Shown here piece after piece: positions 1 to 13,139 of a DNA stretch of 64,000 bases. Made by a program: the position numbers and the translations under genes. The stretch's first letter is position 1. Each line of letters starts with the position of its first letter. Source of the stretch: Saccostrea echinata (lineage: Eukaryota); assembly GCF_033153115.1 (NCBI RefSeq), contig NW_026889786.1, positions 1,612,001-1,676,000 on the forward strand, given 5' to 3'. Below the pieces are notes generated by a model that was not told the origin of the DNA, did no database searches, and worked only from the letters and a program-made list of their open reading frames with translations.

Positions 1-996
1 GTAAATTTTAATTTTATAATCTGATAAAGTAAAGAATTAAATACAAAATGTTATATGTATTTACAGAGATGCATTCTCTGTTTAAATGATATTACAAGTG
101 TTGCAAATTCCACAATGTCGAGCCTCGAATACATGGCTTCCATTCCTCATAGATATTATCATTCCAGGAAAATATGATTTATATTCCATTAGAAATAAAC
201 ATAAAAAAATATAATTCACTGATGAAGATAGTTATATAGTTTTTGTGATAAATTAACAATGGATATTTCAGGAATATGTGGTTTATTCTGCAACGAAACA
301 AACATGAAAACATAACGATATGGTTTATTCCCTTAGAATAAACAATGAAAATTATGTTGTTGTTGTTTTTTAAAGACCGTAGGAAGAAAAAAAACAAGGT
401 TGAAATATGAAAAGTAAAGACCAGCAATGTTGATTGTGAAAATAGCAGTGAGGTAAATTGAATTAGCTCAAATATTTTAGTAAAATCAAGGTTTTAGCAA
501 ATTTTAAATGATTTTTTTTAATGTTTTTAAAGGCCTTGAAATGCACTTTTCTGTAAGTTCTATGCATGCCCTACCCACCCACCCCTTAAGATATTTGGGA
601 AAAACTTTTATTCCTTGGTGTTTTTTATACATAAAACACAATAAGAAAATGACGATTTTTATGACACTTTAAAACTTTATCGTTTTATATATACCATTAT
701 GTTTAATGAATATCAAAATTTGTGGAGAAAAAATTCAAATATATACATGTAGGCAGAAGGCAAGCTGCAATAATGTAACACCCCTCCATGTTTTAAGTCT
801 CAACCCCCTCCCCCAAATTTAAAAAAAAGAGGAGGTTATAACAGCTCCAAAAATTTAAAAAAAAGTGTTAGTTAATTATCTGAGCCCTCCCCCCCCCCCC
901 CAAAAAAATGAGGAGTTTAAAGTATAGCATCTGCAAAAATGTAAAATTGTAAATTCATTTTTTTTTTATCATTTGCAAATTAAAAATAGTTATTAT

Positions 997-1456
997 TCCA
1001 GGTTACAATTTCTGAGAGTAATATCAAACATTTTTGTTTCCTGTTCGTTGTATTCTACCTTATAAAAAGATAATAATTAAGTATTTTCAAACATTTTTGT
1101 AACTAAGTTGTTTCTGTTCCACTTTATAACGAAGATAAAGCAGCCCGGAACTATAATTATTGTCAGAATTAACGTTCTGGGTTACAATTGCTGAGAGTAT
1201 TTTCAAATATTTTTGCTGCTACGTTGATTCTTTTCCACTTTATTACGAAGAAAAAGTAGCCCGGAACTAAAATTATGGTCATAATTAACGTTCCGGGTTA
1301 CAATTGCTGAGAGTATTTTCAAATATTTTTGCTGCTACGTTGATTCTTTTTCACTTTATTACGAAGAAAAAGTAGCCCGGAACTAAAATTATGGTCATAA
1401 TTAGCGTTCTGGGTTACAATTGCTGTGTATTTTCAAACATCTTTTGTTACTAGGCT

Positions 1457-1493
<37 letters not shown>

Positions 1494-2505
1494 ATTACGA
1501 AGATAAAGTATAGCCCGGAACCCAAAGTATGGTCATAATTAACGTTCCGGGTTACAATTGCTGTGAGTATTTTCAAATATTTTTGTTGCTAGGTTGTTTC
1601 TTTTTTTTTTTTTACTTTATTACGAAGATAAAGTAGCTCGGAACCCAAATTATGGTCATAATTAACGTTCCGGGTTACAATTGCTGAGAGTATTTTCAAA
1701 TATTTTTCTTACTAGGTTGTTTCTTTTCCACTTTATTACGAAGATAAAGAAGCCCGGAACTAAAATTATGGTCATAATCAACCTTCCGGGTTACAATTGC
1801 TGTGTATTTTCAAACATCTTTTGTTACTAGGCTGTTTTTTTTTTTCACTTTCTTACGAAGATAAAGTAGCCCGGAACTAAAATTATGGTCATAATTGACG
1901 TTCCGGGTTACAATTGCTGTGAGTATTTTCAAATACATGTATTTTTCTTACTAGGTTGTTTCTTTTTCACTTGATTACAAAGATAAAGTAGCCCGGAACC
2001 AAAATTATGGTCATAATTAACGCTCCGGGTAACAATTGCTGTGTATTTTCAAACATCTTTTGTTACTAGGTTGTTGGGTTTTTTTTTTGTTTTTGTTTTT
2101 ACTTTATTACGAAGATAAAGTAGCCCGGAACCCAAATTATGGTCATAATTAGCGTTCCGGGTTACAATTGCTGTGTATTTTCAAACATCTTTTGTTACTA
2201 GGCTGTTTTTTTTTTTACTTTATTACGAAGATAAAGTAGCCCGGAACCCAAATTATGGTCATAATTAACGTTCCGGGTTACAATTGCTGTGAGTATTTTC
2301 AAATATTTTTCTTACTAGGTTGTTTCTTTTCCACTTTATTACGAAGATAAAGTAGCCCGGAACCAAAATTATGGTCATAATTAACGTTCCGGGTTACAAT
2401 TGCTATGTATTTTCAAATATTTTTGTTACGAGGTTGTATCTTTTCACTTTCTTACGAAGATAAAGTAGCCCGGAACCATAAATAATGTTCCTGGTAACAA
2501 TTTCT
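997..2505. repeat. Tandem array of ~116-bp units (~12-13 copies), each containing a hairpin
   Basis: CCGGAAC recurs at ~1145, 1261, 1377, 1515, 1638, 1754, 1871, 1993, 2125, 2241, 2357, 2469. Unit length varies with an internal poly-T. Each unit reads CCCGGAAC-n3-AATTATG-GT-CATAATT-n2/3-GTTCCGGG. Confidence 0.93.
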
Positions 2506-2539
2506 GATATTATACTTTCATGTAAATTAGTTGAAACTG

Positions 2540-3015
2540 ATTCGTCGAGAAACATTTGTTATAAAACACGATTACCCGCTGAAGGTATTTCTTGTGACAA
2601 GACTTTCTCTAGGATACCAACAATTTTGACCTTGACCTTTGAAATTGAACTATTGAAAAAAAAAATTAACTTTAACTTTGGCCATAACTTTTGACATTTG
2701 ATGCTAGGGCTTTTATATTTCACATGTATATTTCATGTGACGGGTCCTTTCCCTGGGTATCATTGAATTTGACAATTTGAGTTTGACCCACTTTTTAAAA
2801 ACTATAACCTTGGCCATATATAACTTTTGAACGGTTGGTTCTTGGGCTTTCATATTTCACAGGTATTTTCATTGATACAAGTCCTTTTTTTTTTGGAAAA
2901 CAACATTTTGATCTCTTGACCTTGACCTTAGAGTTTAACTTGCACTTTAGAAACTTTACCTTTCACAAAAGACTGCCGTGCGGGAGCACCAGTGTTTCAC
3001 AAACGCATTTTGTTT
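2540..3015. mobile_element. Degenerate non-autonomous Helentron/HINE-like fragment
   Basis: Degenerate TTGACCTTGACCTT...AACTTTAAC..TGGCCATAACTTTTGA repeats; ends GGGAGCACCAGTGTTTCACAAACGCATTTTGTTT, typical of oyster Helitron-N elements (recognised from memory). Confidence 0.55.
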
Positions 3016-4856
3016 TTTACATGTGTATTACTTCTCACTTTACCTAATGTGTTTACGTTAAAGCGTTTGAACTTTTTTTTAACTATTAATCTAAAACAAT
3101 TCCAGTATTTAACGTGAGCATGTAACCCTGTCTTTGACACAAAATCTTTCAATTTTAGTCTTAAAGGTTTACTATTATTTATTGATTGCTTTAGACATAT
3201 ATCTTATCGCATTTCAACAATAACAAACACAATGCCAAATAATACATAATGGCATTGTATGGTAGTTTTTATAGATTACACAATCGTCGTATATAATGAT
3301 TTCATGGAGAATTACCATATCATGTTACAGAGATCATGGACGTTGTGAGCGCTTAATGATTGTACAGACTTCTGTCAGTAATACTTCTTGACATATTTTT
3401 AAAGAAGCTTTTCAAAATGCAGGTCGTCAACCCCCATCCCCCCTTTTGAAATATTTTTAGATCCACGCATGTTCACTTTAACACATTCTACACATTCCAC
3501 TCTCCCTAAGTATCTTATTATGTCGTCCTGTCTCATAATCAAGATTATAAGATGAAAGCCTAATTCGACGAACTTGAAATGGAGCTGTGCAGTTTTCAAC
3601 TGACGAAAACTACACGCCGCATTTTCGTTTCACGGGGGGAGGGGGATATTTTCCATTTTCCACTGCATTCTATGGCGGAAAACATGTTTTAACAGAATTA
3701 CAGAGTAATCTCTTCTTCTTTCCAAATAATTATTGTTTTGAAACTTCGTTTATTTATATATATCATTCAGATATGCCTTTTGAAAATTGAGGTAGGTGAC
3801 AAAACAGTTTTGAATACATGGTATATATTTTAGCGGGGGAAAATGGACGTTTTATAGCGAAAAATGTGACATTTAAGCGGAAATTAAAATACATATGGAC
3901 ATTCAACACATTGTTAAGTAAAATTTACTTATATCTATGCCTCTTCCGTTAGCCAGTCGGGCTAAGTTTTCTGCCCTCTGCAGGGGAAGGGGGTAGGATT
4001 TTGCGCAGACTTAAAATAATATTCATTTCTCAGGACTGTAAAATACAAAGCTGTATCTGTATTACATTTCCTCTTCAGAGTTATTATTACAAATGCTGAT
4101 ACCTGCACTTACCTGTATAAATAAAAAATGAGTTGAGTTTTATTCAATACTTTATAGCTGTGCCGTCGAAACCTTTGCTAGAGTCGGGAACTTAGAAATT
4201 TTAAAGTTCGTCATATTTTGCTGGCATTACATTGACTGTTTAAAAAATAAATTTTATCCGAGAAAAAAAAATCCTCAGATTTTTTGTTGTTGATTTATTA
4301 CAGGAAATTGTTTTTCTTCATATTAAATGCTTTATAATATTCCCGCTGAAATTAATGTCTATTCACACCTTTGCAGGTCCTTCGCCCACACATCTTGGTT
4401 TTACAAAAACGCAATTATTGGGTGTTTGAAAAAAATATATAAAGATGTTAAAATATTATCCAATAATTTTTTGAATCGTAAATATAATTCATCTATTAGT
4501 ATTACCAGCTGATCAGGGTGCCCTTTGCCTAAAACTCATTTAAAATTGCGGAAATGACACAGCGATTCGCATGACTGCATCTTGAAGTCATAAAACAACA
4601 TGATGGGGTATGTCAATGTAAACAAGTTTCACACCTTCGCGTTCTTTTGTTTACAAAGAAACAACATAATTGCGTATAATTCCATGGATTGTAGTATTGG
4701 TACATGTACATGTATTAAGACCGTATATTGGGACTTCTTCTAAATCGATATACGTTTAAATCCTGCTGCATTGTATAACCCGTTAAGAGAAAGAAAAAAA
4801 TCCAAATTATTTGTAAATATTAATCATAAATAAAGTTTTAAAAAGGGTGCTTGGAT

Positions 4857-4993
4857 GCCCGGAACGTTTATTATGGCCGGAACCAAACTTACGCGGGCCG
4901 GAACGTTTATTATAGCCCGGAACCAATATTATAGGTATTTAGCGCTCCGGCCGGAACGCTAAGTTACCCGGAACGTAAATTATGCGACACCTG
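4857..4993. mobile_element. Putative DNA-transposon terminus (CMC/EnSpm-like) with CCGGAAC subterminal repeats
   Basis: Six closely spaced CCGGAAC motifs, the same motif as the 997-2505 array, ending ...AAATTATGCGACACCTG. Confidence 0.55.
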
Positions 4994-6464
4994 TCCGGAC
5001 ATCCATGACTGTACCTGCTCACTAATATCAAAAACGGAATGTCAGAGCAAGATTTTCCGGATTGTTCAACGTATTAAACTATATATTGTTAATTAAGTAT
5101 GGATTGTTTTTTAATGAAAAATACGAACATTGGACCAGGAGGAAAGAAAATTTCTCTGATTTCAAATAAATCTACTTTCTGGAAGGCTGTAATCGCCAAA
5201 AGGTAACGATAACTGGCTTAGTGAATATATCGAGAAAAATATAATTATGTAAACTTGACTATGCCTAAATCCATTGTACGGATCGCTATAATCTCTAAAA
5301 AGTAACATTTACTGCAGCGTACATTTTGTATATCTATGACTGTACACCTATGCCTGATATACAACATATGCGACTGTACCTGTGCCGTACATACACACTA
5401 CCCGCGCTTGATTAATAACATCCACGACACGAAATTCTGTGGATTTTCTCGGATTTACATTTAGACTGAATTCAATCAAAGCGCAATTAACGCTAATCTT
5501 TATATTACCCATGACAGTGATACCGAGACAAACGATGTCAGCAGTGATTAGGGAAGGGTCCAAAACTTTCACAGATTTAAAATTAAAGCTTTAAAATTTT
5601 ATGTTCAGAGAACAATATGAGCCGGGTCTTTAATTTATTTTGGGGGTGGGGTGGGGGTGGGGGAGCATGATTTCAATTTCCTACGTGCTCAATAATAATG
5701 ATGAATTTAAAATGAAACATGCTAATATAATTATTGAAAATATACGAGTAAACAATAAACAAAGTAAAATAAAAAAGGAAATTAAAATAAATATTGGAAT
5801 TAATTTGTTATCCTTAATTTTATGTTAGAAAGTATAAGTATGTCACAATATTATTAATTTCACCCATTTCATTGATCACGCAAGTGGTGTCAATGAAAAA
5901 CACAGGTTTTTCCCCATAAATATATGTCTTACGATATATACGGGTGGAATGGGCTGATCCACACGTTTTCAATGTGTTACATATAAACATCTCAAGTGCA
6001 CCCCAGGAAGTAGCCTCCTATGCCCTGAAAAAGAATAGTTCCTGACAAAAAACCTTTATTTATTTACAAAGTACATCAAATTTACTAGGCACAGGTATCA
6101 AAGTTGTAAAAATAGGCTGGACCCCCCCCCTCCCAAAAAAAAATCTCAAAAGAAATAAAAATTAATTTTATATGCATGGAACAATTAACATCTTGACTGG
6201 TCGATAACCGTGGTGTGATACCTGAAATATGCAGGGTATGGTATTAAAATAATTTATCATATCATAGGAAATTAATGCTATAATTATCGATAACATCCGA
6301 AGAAAATATTTGTATAAGTAAATATTTTTATTAGATCCACCTCTCTAAGATTCTGCAATCAATTGTCTGGGATCAATCTATAGGGAATATCGGTGAACAG
6401 CGTTAATAGTACCTTTATTGAGTTCAGCTCAAAGAAAATTAATCGTAAGGAATTTCTTGGGATG

Positions 6465-7760
6465 CAACATCCACAACTGTATCTGTCCTGACAACTCTAA
6501 AAATTTTACACTATGACTGTACCGGTGCCTGATTGACAACATCCACGACTGTACCTGTCCAGTACACACACTTTATTCTACATCCATGACTGTACCTGTG
6601 CTTATAAACAACATCAATGACTGTACCTGTCCAGTACACACACCTAATTCTACATCCATGACTGTACCTGTACCTTATAAACAACATCCACGACTGTACC
6701 TGTGCAGTATACACATCTTACTCCCTGACTGTACCTGTGCCTTATAAACAACATCCACGACTGTACCTGTCCAGTACACACACTTTATTCTACATCCATG
6801 ACTGTACTTGTGCTTTATGAACAACATTGCTGACTGTACCTGTCCAATACACACACTTTTTTCTACATCCATGACAGTACCTGTGCCTTATAAACAACAT
6901 CCACGACTGTACCTGTGCAGTACGTACACTTTATTCTACATCCATGACTGTACCTGTGCCTTATTAACAACATCCACGACTGTACCTGTGCAGTAAACAC
7001 ATCTTACTTTACATCCATGGCTGTACCTGTGCCTTATAATCAACATCCACGACTGTACCTGTCCAATACACACACTTTTTTCTACATCCATGACTGTACC
7101 TGTGCCTTACAAACAACATCCACGACTGTACCTGTGCATGTATACATACTTTATTCTACATCCCTGACTGTACCTGTGCCTTATAAACAACATCCACGAC
7201 TGTACCTGTCCAGTAGACACACTTTATTCTACATTCATGACTGTACTTGTGCCTTATAAACAACATCCCTGACTGTACCTGTGCAGTATACACATCTTAC
7301 TCTACATCCATGACTGTACTTGTGCATTATAAACAACATCCACGACTGTACCTGTGCATATATACATACTTTATTCTACATCCATGACTGTACCTGTGCC
7401 TTATAAACAACATCCACGACTGTACCTGTCCAGTACACACACTTTATTCTACATCCCTGACTGTACTTGTGCCTTATAAACAACATCCACGACTGTACCT
7501 ATCCAGTACACACACTTTATTCTACGTCCCTGACTGTACCTGTGCATTATAAACAACATTCACGACTGCATACTGTCCTGTATACACACTTTGTTTTATA
7601 TCCATGACTGTACCTGTGCCTTATAAACAACATCCACGACTGTACCTGTCCACTACACACTCCATGACTGTACCTGTGCCTTATAAACAACATCCCTGAC
7701 TGTACCTGTGCATGTATACACACTATTGTACATTTATGACTGTACCTATGCCTTATAATC
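6465..7760 (+). repeat. 73-bp dimeric minisatellite (41+32 bp subunits), left arm of foldback
   Basis: Alternating CATCCACGACTGTACCTGTCCAGTACACACACTTTATTCTA / CATCCATGACTGTACCTGTGCCTTATAAACAA. Confidence 0.95.
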
Positions 7761-8445
7761 AAGATTTACACACAATAAACTTCTCAGGGTTTAAGAGGTA
7801 CGTATTGTATACTGTATTTGGACCATCCTACCATAAAAACAACATGTACAATATTTAAACAAATTTATTTCACTCACAAATTTTGATCTTTTAGTGTGTC
7901 CTTGACTCTTAAAATATGACCGTGAAAATCAATTAGAATCAAGTTCGAGACACGAATAATCATCAGTGTACAGGTGGAAAACTCAAAGCTATGTCATCTC
8001 ATAGCCAGTTACTATTATTAATTTTAATTAATTTTAATAAACATTTGTCGTATACGTTTGACGTATAATCAGTTGTAAACTATGATAATAATACCCCGCA
8101 ACTTTGGGGTTGGTACAGAAGAAGGTGTAAAAATGTTTTCATAGTTGAAAACATTTTAGGATCGAATGGTGCATTTTATCGTGTTAACAAAGAAAGACGT
8201 ATTGAAAATAATTATTGCAGTACATGTAATACTACATGTATCTACACTTCACAATTCAATGTTTAAATGGCATTCAAAAGAATTAAAAAAATAACCCAAT
8301 GATGAAACATGACATAAACAGGAGGGGAAAATGAGGAAAAAGTTGGAAATATTTTTTCATGTGCTTAAGAGCCCTCTATACACTGCACACTAAAGAGTTC
8401 TGATTTTGTGGTACATTTATGCAAATAGAGTAATCTGCCCTTTCA

Positions 8446-8790
8446 TCAAGAATAAAATAAATTTAAACCGGAGGGGACGATAGGTTTCCTCTGAGTCTGT
8501 CTGTCCGTCTGTCTGTCTGTCTGTCCGCCTAGCTGTTTCGCTTCATAGATTTTTGAGGGAATTATAACCTTTTTGATTTTTAAGGGTTTTCCACACATTT
8601 TTTTCCAAACGTTCGCAGATATTGAGTTGATTTTTGGTATGTGAGTGTATCTTGATGAGTTACAGATCAAGTTTGCATATGTTCCGCTTCAATGATTTTT
8701 TGACAGAATTACAGCATTTTCAATTTTTAATGGGAACCAGATTACACTTGCCGGTAAGGGACTAGTATTGCTAATGCAGAAGGCTTGTCT
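8446..8790. mobile_element. Helentron/HINE-like fragment inside the foldback spacer
   Basis: CCGGAGGGGAC hairpin-type end, (GTCT/GTCC)n microsatellite, TTGCCGGT..GGGACTAGTATTGCT...CTTGT end. Confidence 0.6.
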
Positions 8791-9716
8791 TAATAGCTTG
8801 AATAAACCATATAATAGCAAGAATGATAGTAAAATTCTGCCACCTATCGCAGAGTTAATTTAGAAAGTTAACATATTGCAATGATTTTTCATATGTATAT
8901 ACCGAAATTTATGTGAATTTCATCAAAAAATAACTTATTTGGGAAAAGAAAGAGAGATAAATCTATAATTTTGGTAAAACTTCATCTCTATAGAAATCAA
9001 CGGAAAATATTTTTATCCCCCCCTCACTGAAACAACAATTCCTTTTTCAAGTATTATGAATTGTTATTTCACAAATTCAAATTTATACCAATTGTTTTGT
9101 TGTTTCAGGGGAGTGGGTTGTTGGGGGGTTGGGGGTGGATGAGGGTGTAGAACATATGTTTACAGACTAAAAGCAGCAAAAATAGTCATTTTATTGCCAA
9201 TGAATCTAATATGTCAGTTGACTTTTACATAAGTTAAACATACGGAGAGATATGATGGTTTATTTATCCATTTCCATGAGTATTTGAAAATCTGGTTCAC
9301 TCGTTATGTTTAAAGCCCGATTTCAATTTCTAAAATTGTCTAACCCTTCTCCCTCTTTATGAGAAGAGTTTTAAATAAGAACAGTTAACTTTTTGACACT
9401 TGTTTTAAAATAATTAATCCATTACTTTTAAACTCTTCTACAATAATAATAATAAAACCTGGCAGAAGCTGCGAAGGCAAGGATGGAGTATATCGAAAGA
9501 AGGAGTATTTCCTCTTAAAAACAAAAGTCTTAATCCCACGCTTTCTTGCAGGCATATGATTCAATTTCTTTTGACAGGGTGGGGGTTGCATTGGGGGTGG
9601 GGGTTCGGGTCACAAACGACAATAGAACAAACTTTTAGTAGGACCTTGAGTAATTTTTCTTGGATGTTGTTAATAACGCAAAGATACAGTTATCAGCAAA
9701 GATACACGCAAAGATA

Positions 9717-10750
9717 CATGTAGAATAAAGTGTGAATACACAACAGGTACAGTCGAGGATGTTGTTTATAAGGCACAGGTACAGTCATGGATGTAGAATA
9801 AAGTGTGCATATATATACACAGGTACAGTCAGGGATGTTGTTTATAAGGCACAGGTACAGTCAGGGATGTAGAATAAAGTGTAAGTACTGGACAGGTACA
9901 GTCGTGAATGTTGTTTATAAGGCACAGGTACAGTCAGGGATGTAGAGTAAGATGTGTATACTGCACAGGTACAGTCGTGGATGTTGTTTATAAAGCACAG
10001 GTACAGTCAGTGATGTAGAGTAAGAAGTGTATACTGCACAGGTACAGTCGTGGATGTTGTTTATAAAGCACAGTTACAGTCAGGGATGTAGAGTAAGATG
10101 TGTATTCTGCACAGGTACAGTCGTGGATGTTGTTTATAAGGCACAAGTACAGTCAGGGATGTAGAGTAAGATGTGTATACTGCACAGGTACAGTCGTGGA
10201 TGTTGTTTATAAGGCACAGGTACAGTCAGGGATGTAGAATTAAAAGTGAATACAAAACAAGTACAGTCGTGGATGATGTTTTTAAGGCACAGGTACAGTC
10301 AGGGATGTTGTTTATAAGGTACAGGTACAGTCATGGATGTAGAATAAAGTGTAAGTACTGGACAGGTACAGTCGTGGATGTTGTTTTAAGGCACAGTTAC
10401 AGCCATTGATGTAGAGTAAAGTGTGAATGCAGGACAGGTAGAGTCGTGGATGTTGTTAATAACGCACAGGTACAATCAGGGATGTAGAATAAAGTGTGAA
10501 TACAAAACAGGTACAGTCGTGGATGTTGTTTATTGGGCACAGGTACAGTCAGGGATATAGAATAAAGTGTGTGTACCGGACAGGTACAGTCGTGGATGTT
10601 GTTTATAAGGCACAGGTACAGTCATGGATGTAGAATAAAGTGTGTGTACTGGACAGGTACAGTCATGGATGTTGTTTATAAGCACAGGTACAGTCATGGT
10701 GTAAAATTTTTGAGTTGTCAGGACAGGTACAGTTGTGCATGGATGTTGCA
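9717..10750 (-). repeat. 73-bp dimeric minisatellite, right arm of foldback (inverted)
   Basis: ACAGGTACAGTCRTGGATG repeats are the reverse complement of the 6465-7760 array. Confidence 0.95.
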
Positions 10751-12269
10751 TCCCAAGACATTCTTTACGATTTTCTATGATCTGAAAACAATAAAGGTGC
10801 TATTAACGCTATTCACCGATATTCCCTATAGATTGATCCCAGACAATTGATTGCAGAATCTAAAAGAGGTGGATCTAATAAAAATATTTACTTATACAAA
10901 TATTTTCTTCGGATGTTATCGATATTTATAGCATTAATTTCCTATAATATGATCAATTATTTTAATACCATACCCTGCATATTTCAGGTATCACGCCACG
11001 GTTATCGACCAGTCAAGATGTTAATTGTGCCATGCATATAAAATTAATTTTTAATTCTTTTGAGAATTTGGGGGGGGGGGGGGGGTCTTCCAGCCCATGT
11101 TTACAACTTTGATACCTGTGCCTAGTAAATTTGATGTACTTTGTAAATAAATAAAGGTTTTTTGTCAGGAACTATTCTTTTTCAGGGCATAGGAGGCTAC
11201 TTCCTGGGGTGCACTTGAGATGTTTATATGTAACACATTGAAAACGCGTGGGTGGATCAGCCCATTCCACCCGTATATACTCGTATCGTAAGACATATAT
11301 TTATGGGGAAAAACCTGTGTTTTTCATTGACACCACTTGCGTGATCAATGAAATGGGTGAAATTAATAATATTGTGACGTACTTATACTTTCTAACATAA
11401 AATTAAGGATAACAAATTAATTCCAATATTTATTTTAATTTCCTTTTTTATTTTACTTTGTTTATTGTTTACTCGTATATTTTCAATAATTATACTAGCA
11501 TGTTTCATTTTACATTCATCATTATTATTGAGCACGTAGGAAATTGAAATCATGCCCCCAGCCCCCCCCCCCCCCCCCAACACATGAAAATTAAAGACCC
11601 GGCTCATATTGTTCTCTGAACATAAAGTTTTAAAGCTTTAATTTTAAATCTTAAAAGTTTTGGATCCTTCCCTAATCACTGCTGACATCGTTTGTCTCGG
11701 TATCACTGTCATGGGTAATATAAAGATTAGCGTTAATTGCGCTTTGATTGAATCCAGTCTAAATCTAAATCCGAGAAAATCCACAGAATTTCGTGTCGTG
11801 GATGTTATAAATCAAGCGCGGGTTGAGTCAGTGGTAGTGTGTATGTACGGCACAGGTACAGTCGCAGCTGTTGTATATCAGGCACAGGTATACAGTCATA
11901 GATATACAAAATGTACGCTGTAGTAAATGTTACTTTTTAGAGATTATAGCGATCCATACAATGGATTTAGGCATAGTCAAGTATATATATTTTCCTTGAT
12001 ATATTCACTAAGCCAGTTATCGTTACCGTTTTGGCGATTACAGCCTTCCATAAAGTAGATTTATTTAAAATCAGAAATTTTCTTTCCTCCATATTAACAC
12101 ATTTCATATTTTTCATTAAAAAACAATCCATACTTAATTAACAACATATAGTTAAATACGTTGAACAATCCGGAAAATCTTGCTCTGACATTCCGTTTTT
12201 GATATTAGTGAGCAGGTACAGTCATGGATGTCCGGTACCAGCATTGCGTACAGTTGCGGATGATAGCTG

Positions 12270-12415
12270 ACAGCCACTGTTGGCAGGGGATGCTCACTCC
12301 TCCATGGCACCTGATCCCACCTCTGATGTTTTGGAGGTCCGTGTTTGCTCTGCTCCTATTTCGTATTGTTTAATGGACTTCTGAGCTTAAATACTGTTCG
12401 TTATCTCCATATATT
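12270..12415 (+). repeat. 3' segment of an abundant oyster interspersed retroelement (Penelope-like, tentative)
   Basis: CAGGGGATGCTCACTCCTCCATGGCACCTGATCCCACCTCTG...GGTCCGTGTTTGC...ACTGTTCGTTATC resembles a common oyster repeat. Family assignment is from memory only. Confidence 0.4.
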
Positions 12416-12419
12416 TCAT

Positions 12420-12904
12420 GTTTCAAAGTGATCCCACCCTATTCCCGGGAAAGATAACTTGAATCTACACTACCTGAGAATGCTCCCATATTTATATGAC
12501 TTATCATGACTTTGCTGCTCCCGGAAAAAGATTTTTCCTATGTGTTCCTATGTAAAAATTTTGATTTCCCATTGTAGCCCAATCCTACCCCTACACTATC
12601 TACAATACCTTAGGATGCTTCCATATAAATACGATTGATCATGGCTTTGGTATTCTTGAGAAGATTTTTATAAAGATTTTTCCTATATACTAAGGAGTAT
12701 ACCCTGTAAAACTTTGTTCACCCATAGTGGCCCCACCTTACCTCCAGGGGTCATGATTTGAATAAACTTAAATCTACACTATGTCAGGAAGCTTTCACAG
12801 AAGTTTTATCTTTTCGGCCCAGTGGTTCTTGAGAAAAATTTTAAATGATATCCACCCGATTTTTACTATCTCTTAATTATCTCCCCTTCGAAGAGGGTGT
12901 GGCA

Positions 12905-12936
<32 letters not shown>

Positions 12937-13102
12937 AAGGATACTCTGTTCCAAGTTTGGTTGAAACTGGTCCAGTGGTTCTGGAGAAGATTATAGAATT
13001 GTAAAAAGTTACGTCGACACCGACAATAACTACGACAACGAAGGACAGCAGACACATTTTGATCAGAAAAACACTTGAGCGTTCGGCCCAGGTGAGCTAA
13101 TA
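12420..13102 (+). mobile_element. Helentron-associated interspersed element (HINE/Helitron-N) with Cg170-like satellite core
   Basis: Repeated AAACTTGAATCTACACTA / TGGCCCCACC.TACC core units, (GAC/ACA)n microsatellite, terminal TTGAGCGTTCGGCCCAGGTGAGCTAATAA. Confidence 0.8.
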
Positions 13103-13139
13103 AGAGAACCAAAACAATGCGTGCGCATATGCAATATTC

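Larger units (their letters stand above)
4995..12235. mobile_element. ~7.2-kb non-autonomous foldback element with ~2.5-2.8 kb inverted arms
   Basis: 4995 CCGGACATCCATGACTGTACCTGCTCACTAATATC... is the reverse complement of ...GATATTAGTGAGCAGGTACAGTCATGGATGTCCGG 12235. Arms ~4995-7760 and ~9717-12235 align along their length (mirror ORFs 5348-5572/11660-11923 and 5640-5828/11392-11607). Spacer ~2 kb; no transposase ORF; no clean TSD. Confidence 0.9.

Noticed and set aside
6465-10850. Regular repeat/spacer look and many short ORFs (CRISPR-like array or repetitive protein)
   Set aside because: The spacers are themselves repeats, there are no cas genes, the context is eukaryotic, and the 73-bp unit is not a multiple of 3, so the ORFs are by-products.
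4995-12235. Foldback read/assembly artefact
   Set aside because: The arms differ by many substitutions, indels and array organisation and enclose a unique 2-kb spacer. Long-read confirmation is still advisable.
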